A DNA stretch of 64,000 bases from Porphyridium purpureum. Lineage: Eukaryota. The notes under the pieces were generated by a model. The model saw nothing but the letters and a program-made list of their open reading frames with translations, made no database searches and had not been told where the DNA came from. The position numbers and the translations under genes are program-made. The stretch spans positions 744,001 through 808,000 of the forward strand of contig VRMN01000004.1 of assembly GCA_008690995.1 (NCBI GenBank). The letters run 5' to 3'. Below, piece after piece: positions 1-11,438 of this stretch (positions are counted from its first letter, which is position 1; every line of letters begins with the position of its first letter).

Positions 1-1134
1 CTCACGAAGCATCGGTTCGCGCGCTAGCTCAAGCATAAATGCATCGGTCTCATCCACACGGTCCACGAGGTACTGCTTCGCTTGCAAATCGCCGAGCTCC
101 GTGTCTGTGGGTGTCAGAGAAAGCAGGGCCGTGCAGGTTTCCTCAGTCATGTTCATGCAGCTACCAGAGCGGGCCGCCTCCAGAATTTCTGGGGGCTCCA
201 TGTTCAAGGTGCTACGAACGATACTGATACCCAGCCGTCGCTGAAAGGGCAGGATCTCGGTCGCTTGCTCCGACTCTTGCGCAATGTCAGACCTTTTGAC
301 CACCACGCTAAACAATTTTTCAATTTCCCTTGCGTCCAGCTGGACAAACGACACATCCAGTCGATCCCAAATAGAGCCAGGAACGACCTCTGCGCGGACC
401 TTCGTCCAGTGTAAGGTGACCAGCGTGGCACTTGACATGGGAACTGGAGGGGCCTGAAGCTTTGCATGCGCTGGTGGCGCAGTTGCCGCCGACGCTTCAA
501 GCATCTGCGGGGGCACCGGCCCCGCGACACCCGCGTCTGTATGCCCCTGCCGCTGAAGCTCCGCCTCATCCTGCTCGACATCATACGTATCCAGCTCGGC
601 GAGCGCAAGCAGTTTTCGTTGGCGGGCTTCATCCAGAGCCTGCTGGCTGTTACTGAACACATTCTCGCGGCTGGCGTCATAGGGTAGCTGCTGTTGCTCG
701 TTGGCCGTTGACTTGTCATTGGCTACATCCGCGCCCGCTTTGGCCTTTGGCACATAGCGAAACGATGTAATCTTGAGCAGGTCGTCATTGTTCAGCGCGG
801 GAATGCCGGTCTTCCTTCCAAACCGCGCGGCGTCCGCGGTGTACGCAAAGTTTCCCGCGTCATCGAAAAACACCAAGTCCTTTGTCTCATTTGTTCGCTC
901 GTACAACTTGTAACCCTGATACTGTCCCACGAGCGTGCGCGTGGAGAATGCCGGCGCCGCGGCGGCGCTGGCAGCCGCCGTGGTAGCTCCGCGCGCGCGA
1001 TCGCCACGCACGCGGTCTTTGGACAGCTCGGCGTCATTCTCGGTCGGGTCTGCCGCCGCCGCCGCGGTGGCGCCCAGCTTGACCTTCTCCCTCGCGTCGC
1101 GCGCGCCGTTCAGCACCCGGTCCACCAGCTTCAT
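1..1134 (-). CDS. Formin-like protein (FH2 domain), 3' end runs off the window
   Basis: Translated by hand; absent from the ORF track. ATG at 1134 with an in-frame TGA just upstream at 1144-1146, and the frame is open to position 1. It reads ...LVTLHWTKVRAEVVPGSIWDRLD...LDAREIEKLFS...ILPFQRRLGISIVRSTL...EILEAA...LLSLTPTDTEL...DAFMLELAREPMLRE, matching the FH2 lasso (LHWxK...IW), knob and PTxxE motifs. Only a weak Pro-rich stretch precedes the FH2. Confidence 0.8.
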   Translation of the reverse strand, partial: MKLVDRVLNGARDAREKVKLGATAAAAADPTENDAELSKDRVRGDRARGATTAAASAAAAPAFSTRTLVGQYQGYKLYERTNETKDLVFFDDAGNFAYTADAARFGRKTGIPALNNDDLLKITSFRYVPKAKAGADVANDKSTANEQQQLPYDASRENVFSNSQQALDEARQRKLLALAELDTYDVEQDEAELQRQGHTDAGVAGPVPPQMLEASAATAPPAHAKLQAPPVPMSSATLVTLHWTKVRAEVVPGSIWDRLDVSFVQLDAREIEKLFSVVVKRSDIAQESEQATEILPFQRRLGISIVRSTLNMEPPEILEAARSGSCMNMTEETCTALLSLTPTDTELGDLQAKQYLVDRVDETDAFMLELAREPMLRE

Positions 1135-1206
1135 GGCTCTGCCTCAAGGCCCTACTGCATCACATGCACAAAACCCCCCCTTTCCCTGTCCATACACGCT
1201 CTGCCG

Positions 1207-1224
1207 CTCTCTCTCTCTCTCTCT
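1207..1224. repeat. (CT)n microsatellite upstream of the formin start
   Basis: ctctctctctctctctct seen directly. Confidence 0.9.
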
Positions 1225-2831
1225 TCTCCCAACTCGACCTTTTTTGCTGCTGCTTAATAAAGTGCGATAAAAATAGGCCGCGACGCACGTTCTACCAAGC
1301 ACGCTTGAATTCAGTAGGGTACAGTGCGCGACTTTACACGAACAGAACGTCACGCGGCACAAGGCGAGGGAAAGGTGTCAAGTCGACACGCTGGTCGATT
1401 GGATGGCTGGTTGGTTGGTGTTTGAGTGCCGCTCATGAAGGACGGGGGAGAGACCGTGCAGTGACAGCGTCAACTCAAAATGTACGGGCCGCTCGCATGT
1501 TTGCGCGCAGCGCTACTGCGATGTGGCCTGCGCGGAAGAACGCTCAGATAAGTTCGCTTCACGCATTCAAATCTGGCGCGTCCCGCGTGGTTGCTGGCAC
1601 AGACCAGAACCCATGGCGTTTCGGAATTTGGGTTTAAAGTCGTCCTTTTGTCGCCCAGCATTACGAGAGGGCGCAGTCGCAAGCCAAGTGGCTTCATGCG
1701 GCCTTCGGCACGAACAAAAACCTTGTCGGCGGCGCTAATGCGTCCGGAGCGTCCTTCTCCATTCTCGAAATGACACACTCTCCACAAGGCCGAGAAACTT
1801 GCGTGAACGCCAGGAAATTCGCGAGATGTTGCCGCTCGGCATGTAGAGACCAAGCGCTCCAAACGTAGCGCAGCCATTCGAGGCCTTGAGGATGTACACA
1901 TGCAGACCACCCTCAACCGATGCCCGCCCACGAATCTGTTCGCGGCCATTACCCGGCCGTTGCCGAGCGCTTAGCTTTTCTTGAAATTGTGTCGCCACGC
2001 GAAAAATCCCCGGGCTCCTGCCGGAGACACATTCTGTGCCTTTGTGTGTGGGAGAAAGCAAGAAATCGCATGTTTCAGAAGGGCGTCATGAAATGGCTTT
2101 TGCGCACGCCGCTTGCTCTGCATCCACGCTTCCTGCACGTCGGCGACAATCATTTGCGGACAGAAGCGCACCACATGGCTGTTATCACTACGCCAGTAAG
2201 TCACGTGTCATGTGTCATGTGTCATGTGACGTGGATTCCAAACACACACGCGCCCCCTTGCTCCTCCATGAGCATCCGCACCGCACATGTCGGGTACAGT
2301 GTGCGGATGGACGGCGCACTGTACCTCTATTTCTGCGGAGCCGGGTGCATGTCGTTGCAGCACTGGGCGGAACGGCGAGGAGATCGTTTGAAAATTTATA
2401 TTTTTTTTTTCGAATCTGACGCGGCATGTGCGAGGAAGTGCGGAATCTCGAGATGGACAACAAAGCGACATGTTCCGGATGACGACGACCGGGACGCCAC
2501 ACAGCACCTGCTTCGGTTTCTCGGCCCCTTTCTTTATTCTTGTCCTGTTGCGCAAGATTTTTGCGCCTTGTGCGAGCTCCCGCCGGCGGAGGAGGCTGAT
2601 GCGGACTTTTTGTCCACAGGAATACTCGCCTCATGCCCCGCGCCGATTCTTCATATCTGGCGTCCCGCCCTACGCTTCGGCGGGTCTGGTTGCGCGTGGA
2701 GGTGCGCAACTGATGAACGTACAGGAGATGTGGCCTCTGCGGAATTCAGTAATGTTGCCACCGAAGAGTGGGCGGGATCAGGAATATCTCAGGTCACTGA
2801 ACCCCGTGGGATATGTTGCTCGTCGTGCGCG

Positions 2832-2861
2832 TATATAACCGGACGCGGTCAGCCACGTGGT
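2832..2861 (+). promoter_or_regulatory. TATA box followed by CCACGTGGT (G-box) upstream of family A copy 1
   Basis: TATATAA at 2832-2838 and CCACGTGGT at 2853-2861, about 90-115 nt before ATG 2947. The same layout occurs at 5970-6000. Confidence 0.55.
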
Positions 2862-2946
2862 AAACACGGCGAGATAACCCCAGCAGCGACGGTCAGGAGG
2901 GGGAGGCAGCACACCGACAAGCAGGCCAAAGGAGAAGAGTGAAACC

Positions 2947-3414
2947 ATGCCGAATAGCGAAGGATTGCCGCCGCGTGACATGTCCTTCTCGAGTGAAGAG
3001 CCGTCTGAGGGCGGTGACCTTGTTCGTCGCTCGAGCGAAGGCAGCCAACGCTCTCGAACCACCGCAGCAAAAGCGACGAGTCGGACAACAGGCCTTCCAA
3101 GGCTCTCGCACGCTTCGAGCATGTCGAGCTTGACACGGAGCGCGCGCGGGCCCTCCAGCCCGACTTTGCACATGGACCTTCGTGCGATCTCTCTGAACCG
3201 TGAGTGGCTTTCGGTTTCAGACAAGGGCGTTCTCTCCGCTCGGCTGAGTAGCAAGGCCGAGTCGGTGTCCTTTGAGCGAGACACAGGTGCTTCAGTGCCG
3301 TGCCTGAGCGCGCGGCTGGCGACGAATGTGACACGCACTGCCGACTATTTCGCGCTTTATCTGCCCTTGGAGCCGATTTGTGAAGAAGATGAGTTTGAGG
3401 ACTCGAATCAATAG
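2947..3414 (+). CDS. Family A small Ser-rich protein, copy 1 (155 aa), unknown function
   Basis: The C-terminal block REWLSVSDKGV...VPCLSARLATNVTRTADYFALYLPLEPICEED is shared with five other intact ORFs in 2.9-12.3 kb. Confidence 0.85.
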   Translation: MPNSEGLPPRDMSFSSEEPSEGGDLVRRSSEGSQRSRTTAAKATSRTTGLPRLSHASSMSSLTRSARGPSSPTLHMDLRAISLNREWLSVSDKGVLSARLSSKAESVSFERDTGASVPCLSARLATNVTRTADYFALYLPLEPICEEDEFEDSNQ

Positions 3415-4237
3415 AGCAAGTCTAACTTGCACGGCAGGCATGTACATAAAACTTCCTTCGTTGCCTTGAACTAGACTCACACCTCTGGCACCCATCATGC
3501 AGCACATGCAATCCTCCAAATGTACTTGGACTATACCATGCCACACGAGCTGGGCCGTGGACTGTTCTTTTTCTCCTACTCACGACGGCTTTGAAAACCA
3601 GCGGTGCCGTCGACGGACCACACATGGCGCCTGAGAACTTGACAACCACAGGGCTGGAATTCAGAAGGACAAGGCAGACCTGCAGCATGCGCGCTAATTA
3701 TCGAGCGGATGCGCAGACTCAAAGGCACTTGGTCTTGACCACCACGTGTGATAGGACTCAGGTGGATTGCAATTTGGTCGGCCTTTTTTGACTCTGTTTA
3801 GATGCGCGTCGTGAAGACCGTTAGATGCTGTGCCTAGACCATGCTTGGATCTTGTCGCGACAGGCAGAACAGCTGAATTAGCACGGTAGGGAAAAATAAT
3901 AAGCTCACTTCGGCCCTAGGTCATGCCAAGACGAACATCGAGCCCGAGTTGCGGATGACCAGCCTCCAAAAATGCACGCAGACAAAGAATCGGCGGTATT
4001 TTTTCGTTGGGACACGTGGTTGCCAGCTCACGAGCTTATGTTTGAATCTTTCTAGGGCGGAATGGAGTCATCATTTATTGAGCGCCCTGTCGTGATATCT
4101 GCAGAACGAGCCGTGCTCGCAGGGCGCCCCGATGATCATGAGGAGGTCACCAGTTTGGTGTACCTAGTAGGCCACGTGGTCGTTGCGCGTGACCTGAAAG
4201 GTTTAGAGAAGTGTGCGTGATGAATGTTGGACGCAAA

Positions 4238-4763
4238 ATGTCCGAATACGGTATCAGAGCTCTCTCACATTAGAAACGAGAGCCGGCCGAATAAGAAACT
4301 TGCGAAACAATCCCGCTAGATAATGAATTGTGAGTTGACACGAGACGAGCTCAGGCACCGCCCTTGTGATTGTGTGCAGCCGCTTCGTTGCACTTGTTGT
4401 GACGGTCGGTCATTTCATACTCGCCTGACTTGCTCGGGAAATAGGATCACTTTTTTTCAGTGGGTTTCCAACAATTCCAGTAGCTCGAGTCTCGCTGCAG
4501 CTGGAAGTATGAGGAGCAGAGCTGAGCCGCGAATGACTCGCAGTGTCTGACAAAGGCGCACTTTGGGTTCGGCGCAGCAATCGATCAGACGTCACAGACT
4601 GTGAGCCGGCCACAAAGGAATTCGTGCTGTGCCTAGGGCCGCGCGACCGGTAATAAGAGTCACGCGCTCCGCAAACTGTTTTGCGCGTCACTTGCCACTA
4701 GAGCCCAATCGTGAAGAGAAAGAATACAGCACTTTGTACATGGTTTGGCAGCGAGCAACTTGA
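4238..4763 (+). pseudogene. Family A pseudogene (copy 2)
   Basis: From 4522 it reads L S R E *(TGA 4534-4536 replacing Trp) L A V S D K G ... V L C L G P R, then shifts frame into VTRSANCFARHLPLEPNREEKE (from 4659). The upstream SSLAAAGS lies in another frame, there is an early TAG after the putative ATG 4238, and CCACGTGGT is retained at 4172-4180. Confidence 0.8.
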
Positions 4764-5969
4764 CCATTCGTCTTTGAATCACGAAAGCAGTAGCTACGTG
4801 ACACCATGAGCACACAAACCGAGCCGCGACCCAAACTGCGCATGAGCAGCTGCCAACGGTGCTACTTCACCTACACATGGCAGCCTCGCGTTGGACGTGT
4901 GCGCGTCTCTCACCTGTGCGCGCCACTTGGATTTCAAAAGTCTCGCTTTTCTTCCCTTTTTCCTTCCGGATAAGATGGAGGACTCGCACTCACTATCGCA
5001 AGAATTTGCGACGAGTCTTGAGAGAAAGTGCGGAGATCGAATTTCCCCATGAAGAGCAGCGAGCCAGGTGGGATGTAGTTCGGCAAGCGGACTTGTCACG
5101 CGCAAGTTGATAAGAAACTGTCTAGCAGCTCCGGCTGTGGCGGTGGCAAAAGGCATGATGCGGGCGGTTGGAAGTTGATGTGACTTGCGGCCGCGAGCAA
5201 AATGAGTTGGTCAAGGGACTGTACTCTGCGTCGCAATGCTTTCTAGTTGCCTTCGCCACTACCGCTTGCATGAAGCAGCATGAAGCGCAACGGATGTCGT
5301 TCGCACATCTCGCATTTTATGGGTCAGCAGCTACACAAACACCGTATCCCCGATGAAGCAATCTCCCCTCTAAACCTGCGCCCTGTGCCAGAAAGGACAA
5401 CCTTTCTCTCACCGTTTAGCACCAACCGTTCCATCGTCCTTGTCATCGAAAAAAAAAAACCCACCAGTTGGTGCAATGTACCGGCTTGTTCCGTCAGCTA
5501 CGGAGGTCCCATTCCATCCATCACGGAACGGTTTCCGGCTTCTCGCTCTAACACTCCCACCATGTTGTAACCCTTGCCGTTATTGCCGAAATCAAGGGCC
5601 GGCTCCTCTGCTGGGAGCTCGCCAAAATCACTCGCACATTCGGTTGGTGTGTGTTTCGCGTCTCTTTGCACTTGTGTGCATCTGTGTGCATCTGTTTGCA
5701 TCTGCCATCTCCGGCGGAGTAACCAGGCAGTAAGCCGCTGTACCAAAAGAGTTCGATCGAAGCGACGGCAACACCAACTCGTGAAGCCGTTTGCGTGACC
5801 GCGACGACGCTTCGACAAATCACAAACAGCGCATGCTTTCGAGGGCGTCTCGCACTTGGATGAGGCGCTGGTGCGCGGCCACTACCTGCAAGCTACATTA
5901 ATTTATCTTTTTCACAAGACTTGAGAGTGCCTGGAATAGCTTCAAGGTGTTGAGGAAAAGGGGGGGCGG

Positions 5970-6000
5970 TATAAAGGTGAAAGGGATTCGACCACGTGGT
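5970..6000 (+). promoter_or_regulatory. TATA box followed by CCACGTGGT upstream of family A copy 3
   Basis: TATAAA at 5970-5975 and CCACGTGGT at 5992-6000. Confidence 0.55.
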
Positions 6001-6070
6001 CGATGAAGGTACCGCGAGTCAGGAACGCCTCGGTGAAAAGGTAACGAAGAAGAGGTGGCGTTGGGGAAAG

Positions 6071-6574
6071 ATGTCGCAAGAAGAACTGCCGTCGCAAGGT
6101 CCGCGCACGCTGTCGTATGACTCTGTTGCTTCGGAACAGGTACTCAGACGGAGAGGAAGTGGGGGAAATGCCGGATCGAGTAGAAGCCTTCGCTCCCACG
6201 ACGAAAGGTGGAAGCGTTCCGAAACTACCCTCGTGAGTCGGAAAGGTAGCGCCGGTTCTAGCATGCGCAGTCTGCCAGATGCAAACAGTCTCGCGGCGGG
6301 CGGGAGCCGCAGCCCGACATTGAATCTCGAACTACCATCGCTCGTTTTGAGCCGCCAGTGGTTGTCTGTGTCGGATACGGGGGTTTTCTCAAGTCGCGCA
6401 CAAAGCGTAGAGATCGTTCTAGTGAACGGACAGAGCGATGAATCGGTGCCGTGCTTAAGCGCGCGATTGGCGACCAGTGTCACGCGCACCGCCGACTACT
6501 TTGCGCTTCACCTGCCTCTCGAGCCCATCTTTGAGGAGGAAGATGAGACGGCGCAATCGCCCCAGGGCCTTTAG
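6071..6574 (+). CDS. Family A copy 3 (167 aa from the first ATG)
   Basis: RQWLSVSDTGVFSSR...VPCLSARLATSVTRTADYFALHLPLEPIFEEED. The ORF-track start at 5996 is GTG; the first ATG is at 6071. Confidence 0.85.
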   Translation: MSQEELPSQGPRTLSYDSVASEQVLRRRGSGGNAGSSRSLRSHDERWKRSETTLVSRKGSAGSSMRSLPDANSLAAGGSRSPTLNLELPSLVLSRQWLSVSDTGVFSSRAQSVEIVLVNGQSDESVPCLSARLATSVTRTADYFALHLPLEPIFEEEDETAQSPQGL

Positions 6575-7931
6575 CGTGCACTTGTTTGAAATGGCTCGCT
6601 GTATATAAACGATCGTGAATTGCTTTATTTCTCTTTAAGAAAGACATCTTCATCTTGGAATTCGCTCTCCCCCGAGACAGTCCGCCGCGCAGCGAGACGA
6701 GTTAACGATTGGGATGGAGAACACAAGCCACCACTTTATCAGAATCATTGTCTTTGGGCTCAAGCATCCCACCCGAGTCGCTCACGTTGCTTGCAAAACC
6801 TTGCCAGGTCACAGAAATCGTGCATTGTTTTTCATTGCACCCGCTCAACTGCGAAGACCAGGCTTCCGAGACCCAACAATCTTCCGACGGTCTTCGGCGT
6901 CCTCTTCGTGTTACCATTCCTTGATGCCGCGGGAGCCGCTCGCGGTTGCCGTATGGCACCACTCGAAAGCATGCGTGTGCTTCAGCCGCTGGCGTTCACC
7001 GAAGGTTCTGTGCTTTCCGCACGGAATTGGGGACGCCAGCCTACAACAACTTGTCCTGAGGCACACGTGCCGCCATGATTGGATACGAGCGCACACGTCT
7101 ATCCACCACCAGCGCGGTTCCCTTCCAATCGTTGTGAAGGGTCGCCAGAACCCCAAGTCACATGAATCGACCACAGCCTCTACCTTGGGCGCCGACACCA
7201 AAGCGCAAGACCTGCACGAGCCGGGTGCGTAGCACGGGCGCTGACCGGCTAACCCGTGCGCTGAGGCTTTGATTCAGTCCTGCGAGTCGGCGGGCCGCGC
7301 GGTAGAAAGCGGCGTTCGGGTCGTTCACATCCGACCGCTTGGCAGCGCCATTCCTCGGCACCACAAAGGCGTTGCGCAGGAATCCGATTCGGATTTTCTA
7401 CTGTTCGGGATTCTCGGGGATCATGGCCGCGGGCGAACGGTCGAAGGACCGAGAAACCCGTGCCGCGACTTCGCGCATGGGATCATGTGTGAGTATTTGC
7501 ATGACCACTTGGGGATCGATGAGGAATTTGCTGGACAACGTTTGCGCCCCCCTGTTCGTTTTCATGTCGACCGATGACGGAGAGACAGAACGTTGGCTGT
7601 AGCGGTGTGAGCCATGGTGGAAAAAATTCATGGGCAACGATAGCCGCATAGCGATTCCTTTACGGAATCTCTGCTACGTGCGAGGCGCCGCAGATGGCGA
7701 CTGGGCGGGCGGCACTGTGAGTGGGGCGGCAGAGCAGGAGGGGTGAGCGGAGGCGGGGGATAAGCAGTGTCGCTGCGTGCGTACTTAGGTGATGGACCAG
7801 GACACGGTTTTCCTGAACGATGCGGCTCGGCGAGCGGGACGACAGCTGCGTGCGATTGAGAACGGACAACCGTGACATAGATAGAGCACACAGATTCCAG
7901 CAGACGACTCTGCACGCGCAGAATCCCTACA

Positions 7932-8360
7932 ATGTCCATTGGTGCCAAGCAAGAACCGGAAACGGGCTTTCGTCGAGTTCATAGCGACGAGACTGACTCA
8001 AATGATCTGTCCCGCGCCGGTGCTGGCCGCTCAAAGTCGCAGAACGGTCGCACTAAGCGTGCAGGCGCACCGAGTGGTCTCCGAACTGTGTCAAGCGCAT
8101 CGTGTCTGAACGGACGCAGCGTGACCACCCTGCAGATGGATCTTTCCCGCCAACACACAAGTCGGGAATGGTTGGCTGTGGCCGACAAGGGGATATTTAC
8201 GTCTGGCCTCTCGAGCATAACAGAACGAACCGAGTCCGAATCGAGCGGCCCGCGTCTCCAGGCCCGACTCGCGCCCAACGTGACGCGCACGTTTGACTAC
8301 TTTGCCGTCCATGTGCCGCTGCAGCGCATCAACGAGGAGGCCGAGTCAGACAAGGAGTAG
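7932..8360 (+). CDS. Family A copy 4 (142 aa)
   Basis: LRTVSSASCL...TLQMDLSRQHTSREWLAVADKGIF...RLAPNVTRTFDYFAVHVPLQRINEE. Confidence 0.85.
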   Translation: MSIGAKQEPETGFRRVHSDETDSNDLSRAGAGRSKSQNGRTKRAGAPSGLRTVSSASCLNGRSVTTLQMDLSRQHTSREWLAVADKGIFTSGLSSITERTESESSGPRLQARLAPNVTRTFDYFAVHVPLQRINEEAESDKE

Positions 8361-9262
8361 GATATTTCCTGGAACGAAAGATGCCTGCATGTATTATGGA
8401 TAAACCTAGCTAATTGCCGCTTCACCACCAGCGGCGCGTCACCTGGTCGCTGGCCATTCCATGGACACTTGTCCCTCGTGCGTCTTCCGGTCGCGGGGAG
8501 AAACGCCAAACAGTACCTCTATGTACAGCTACCGAGCGGCCTAAACGGTTTGAGGCGATAACGGCGAGTCGTTTGAGATGCAGACCACAGGTCAATCGTG
8601 GATGAATGCTGATGAAGATCCGCAAGAGGATAGGTGAGTCTGGAGCTGAGATGGGAAAGGCCGTGAACGAGCGTTGACCGCGGCAACATTGCGGGGGCAC
8701 ATAGACGCTGACAAGAATATTTGCTGCTTGGGTGCATCGATACAAACACCCTATTCCCATAAAATGGCGGCGGGCGGTTATTTTCTGGTCGACGTCGTGC
8801 GTTACGACACTTGGAACCGATGGATCGTGAGAGACCCTTCACAACGTTGGCAACACGACGGACAAAAGCTCATAAATGTGAAAGAATTCATTGCTCTAAG
8901 CAGCATGGTCATCATCCGAGAAAGATTCAGCGGGCTCGGGTGAACAGTATGAAGATTGTTTGACGGAATTCGGCAGGTTCTTTTCTGGGCGGGAAGGCCT
9001 TATTCCAAGACTTGTGTCCGTGTGAATTCTCGGCGGAGGAGAGCGGCCAAGCGTATCCTTTGACTGGATCTTTATCGGCTCCTGCTGATTTCTCAGGCGT
9101 AAAACGAAAGTACTGACTCCACGGCTTGATAAAAGGAGCGACTGGATCGTCTTCTTCGTCACGCGTGCGGGTGGGTCGTGCGAAAAAGGATGCGCCTCCC
9201 TTTGTACACGAACAAGGAAAGAGGCTAGCCATCCCAGGGACCAGGCTGCTTGGAGCACCACC

Positions 9263-9760
9263 ATGTCGACGCACGTCGAACAAGCATCTCCGAGACAGCT
9301 GAAGATTGGGTGCCTTCGCAGTGGCGACTTACGAACGATAAGTGAGCAGAGCCCAGGCAATGAGCCTCTCCATTGCATAGGTGACCCAATTCCGCACGTA
9401 CGCGATCCCGCCGAGGCAGTGCGCTCCAAATCGCAGAAACCACCTCGAACAGGTAAATTCCCAGGCGCCTCGAGTGCTCTACGGAGTGTGTCGAGCGCAT
9501 CCAACTTGTACGAGAGGGGTGCGTCAACGCTCCAGTTGAAGCTTCCCCGCCACATCGCGAATCGTGAGTGGCTCTCAGTTGCTGATAAGGGCGTCTTCTC
9601 GTCTGGTTTGTCTAGCAGGGCAGACCGGTCAGAGTCCGACTCGAGCGGCCCGTGTCTTCAAGACCGACTAGCGACCGGCGTCCTGCGCACTTCAGATTAT
9701 TTTGCTCTCAACCCCGCGCTCGAGCCTATCAGCGAGGGGGAAGAATCGGAACACGAATAA
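9263..9760 (+). CDS. Family A copy 5 (165 aa)
   Basis: RSKSQKPP...LRSVSSASNL...REWLSVADKGVFSSGLSSR...PCLQDRLATGVLRTSDYFALNPALEPISEGEE. Confidence 0.85.
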   Translation: MSTHVEQASPRQLKIGCLRSGDLRTISEQSPGNEPLHCIGDPIPHVRDPAEAVRSKSQKPPRTGKFPGASSALRSVSSASNLYERGASTLQLKLPRHIANREWLSVADKGVFSSGLSSRADRSESDSSGPCLQDRLATGVLRTSDYFALNPALEPISEGEESEHE

Positions 9761-10743
9761 ATTGGGCTTGTAACTACAGGTGACCATGCTATCGCAAGAA
9801 ATGAAAGTGGGGTTCTTCCAGACCGCCGCCGTCACCATACTACACGTCTTGGCCTCTAAGTTTCCTCAGCACTCAGCGCTGGAGCCTTTCAGCGAGTGGG
9901 AAAGACCTGAACAGAAAGAATTTCGGCACGCGAGTGCAAAAGCCATGCCATTGGGAGATAGCGACTTGGGATGCTTCCCTAACTCTGCCTTGGCCTCACC
10001 ATTTCCCAGAGTTGCCACAGAGTGTTGGTGCGGAACAAGGAGGATGAGGCTCTGAAGCGCCTTTCTCTATAGCATGGCCTTTCGACTGCCACGAGGTGCA
10101 CCCTGCACATTGCGATTCCCTTCTTCTCTTAAGATTCGCAGGTGGCAAAGTTCGGCCTTCTCATTTGAGGATGTGTGCAACGACGGCTGCGACTGGGTAG
10201 AGTGGCTACGCAGGCGGGCCACAGCCTCACGACATGACACATACCGCGAGGCGAGTGCCACCGCACCGCACCGCGCTACACTGCGCTACACTGCTGGCGC
10301 CGTTCGTGCAGTTTCGCCATCATGGGCAGAGCGCTACTCGTCACAGACGCCAGGCGCCGCGTGCACCCGCACCACATCGATCCAATATGCCCATACGACA
10401 ATGAACCGCCTCCCGAACGTCCCTATTTTTTCCCTGGGGTTTTCAGTGATAGGTTCACGCATTCGACGCATTGGGGGACAGAGGCACGCCGCGCAACGTG
10501 TTGGCAACGTGTTAGCTGTCGGGTCAGCAAGCAGGCTGGGCGTGGTTTGTTCGTGTGTTGGTTGGGGGTTTCACCCGAGGTGGAATCTCGGGATGCGCAC
10601 AGAAGTGTTGGCATGGCCGCTGCTCACGAACGGAGGAAATGTCAGGTCTGAATTCGCGCCGCTCTCGCGATTGGAGGGAACGGCCCTCGCGGTCGGCGGT
10701 TATTGTGGTGGACAATGCCGCGCGTGGCGTGGCGTGAGGGTGG

Positions 10744-10750
10744 TATAAAA
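10744..10750 (+). promoter_or_regulatory. TATA box upstream of family A copy 6
   Basis: TATAAAA followed by TGACGTG at 10760-10766, about 220 nt before ATG 10965. Confidence 0.45.
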
Positions 10751-10964
10751 GACTCTGCCTGACGTGTGAGCAATATCGCTTGGTTTGGTCAGTCACGCGG
10801 TTTCAGGTAAGTGGGGTTGGCTGCTGCCGCACTCTGTCTCACTGGCGGAAAAGAGGTGTTGAAGCGAAGAGCAGGCGTTTAGAGCATCTTGTGAGGTCGT
10901 CAGGTCGTTTAATGCCAACTGGAAGTCGCTTGACGTCGGCGAGTAGCTTACCTTGTCAAGCGCA

Positions 10965-11438
10965 ATGCCGCCCGAAGTAGAGTCAGAGGCCGCGGAACTG
11001 CGCCAATTGCACAGCGAGGAGGCCCGACGCCACGACATGGAGGAAACAATCAGCATCAGCGACCTTGCAAGTCTGTGCAGCCATAGCTCGACAGACGCGC
11101 GCCGCTCCAAATCTCAGAAGCCGCCGTCGGGACACGAACTAAGTGGCTCGCGTCACACATTGCGAAACGTGTCGAGCGCGTCAAGCCTGAGCGCACGCAG
11201 TGTGCCCACGCTGCAGATGGACCTGTCCCGACAGAACACGAGCCGGGAGTGGCTGTCTGTGGCGGACAAGGGCGTCTTCTCGTCGGGCCTGTCGAGCAGA
11301 GCTGAGCGGTTCGAGTCAGACATGGGCGGCCCTTGTCTTCAGGATCGGCTGGCGCCAAACGTGACCCGAACGGCCGATTACTTTGCGCTGCATCTACCAC
11401 TGGAACCCATCGACGAGGACGATGGCACGGACCCTTGA
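10965..11438 (+). CDS. Family A copy 6 (157 aa from the first ATG)
   Basis: RSKSQKPP...LRNVSSASSL...REWLSVADKGVFSSGLSSR...PCLQDRLAPNVTRTADYFALHLPLEPIDED. Confidence 0.85.
   Translation: MPPEVESEAAELRQLHSEEARRHDMEETISISDLASLCSHSSTDARRSKSQKPPSGHELSGSRHTLRNVSSASSLSARSVPTLQMDLSRQNTSREWLSVADKGVFSSGLSSRAERFESDMGGPCLQDRLAPNVTRTADYFALHLPLEPIDEDDGTDP

Noticed and set aside
2201..2233. TGTGTCA x3 repeat flanked by ACGTG cores
   Set aside because: Short simple repeat seen only once; no evidence of function
1920..2942. 340-aa ORF upstream of family A copy 1
   Set aside because: C/H/W-rich with no domain motifs. It runs through a poly-T tract, a 7-bp repeat and the TATA/G-box of the next gene, so it is most likely a chance ORF.
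5673..5708. TGTGTGCATC-like 10-bp tandem repeat
   Set aside because: Ordinary slippage minisatellite in intergenic DNA
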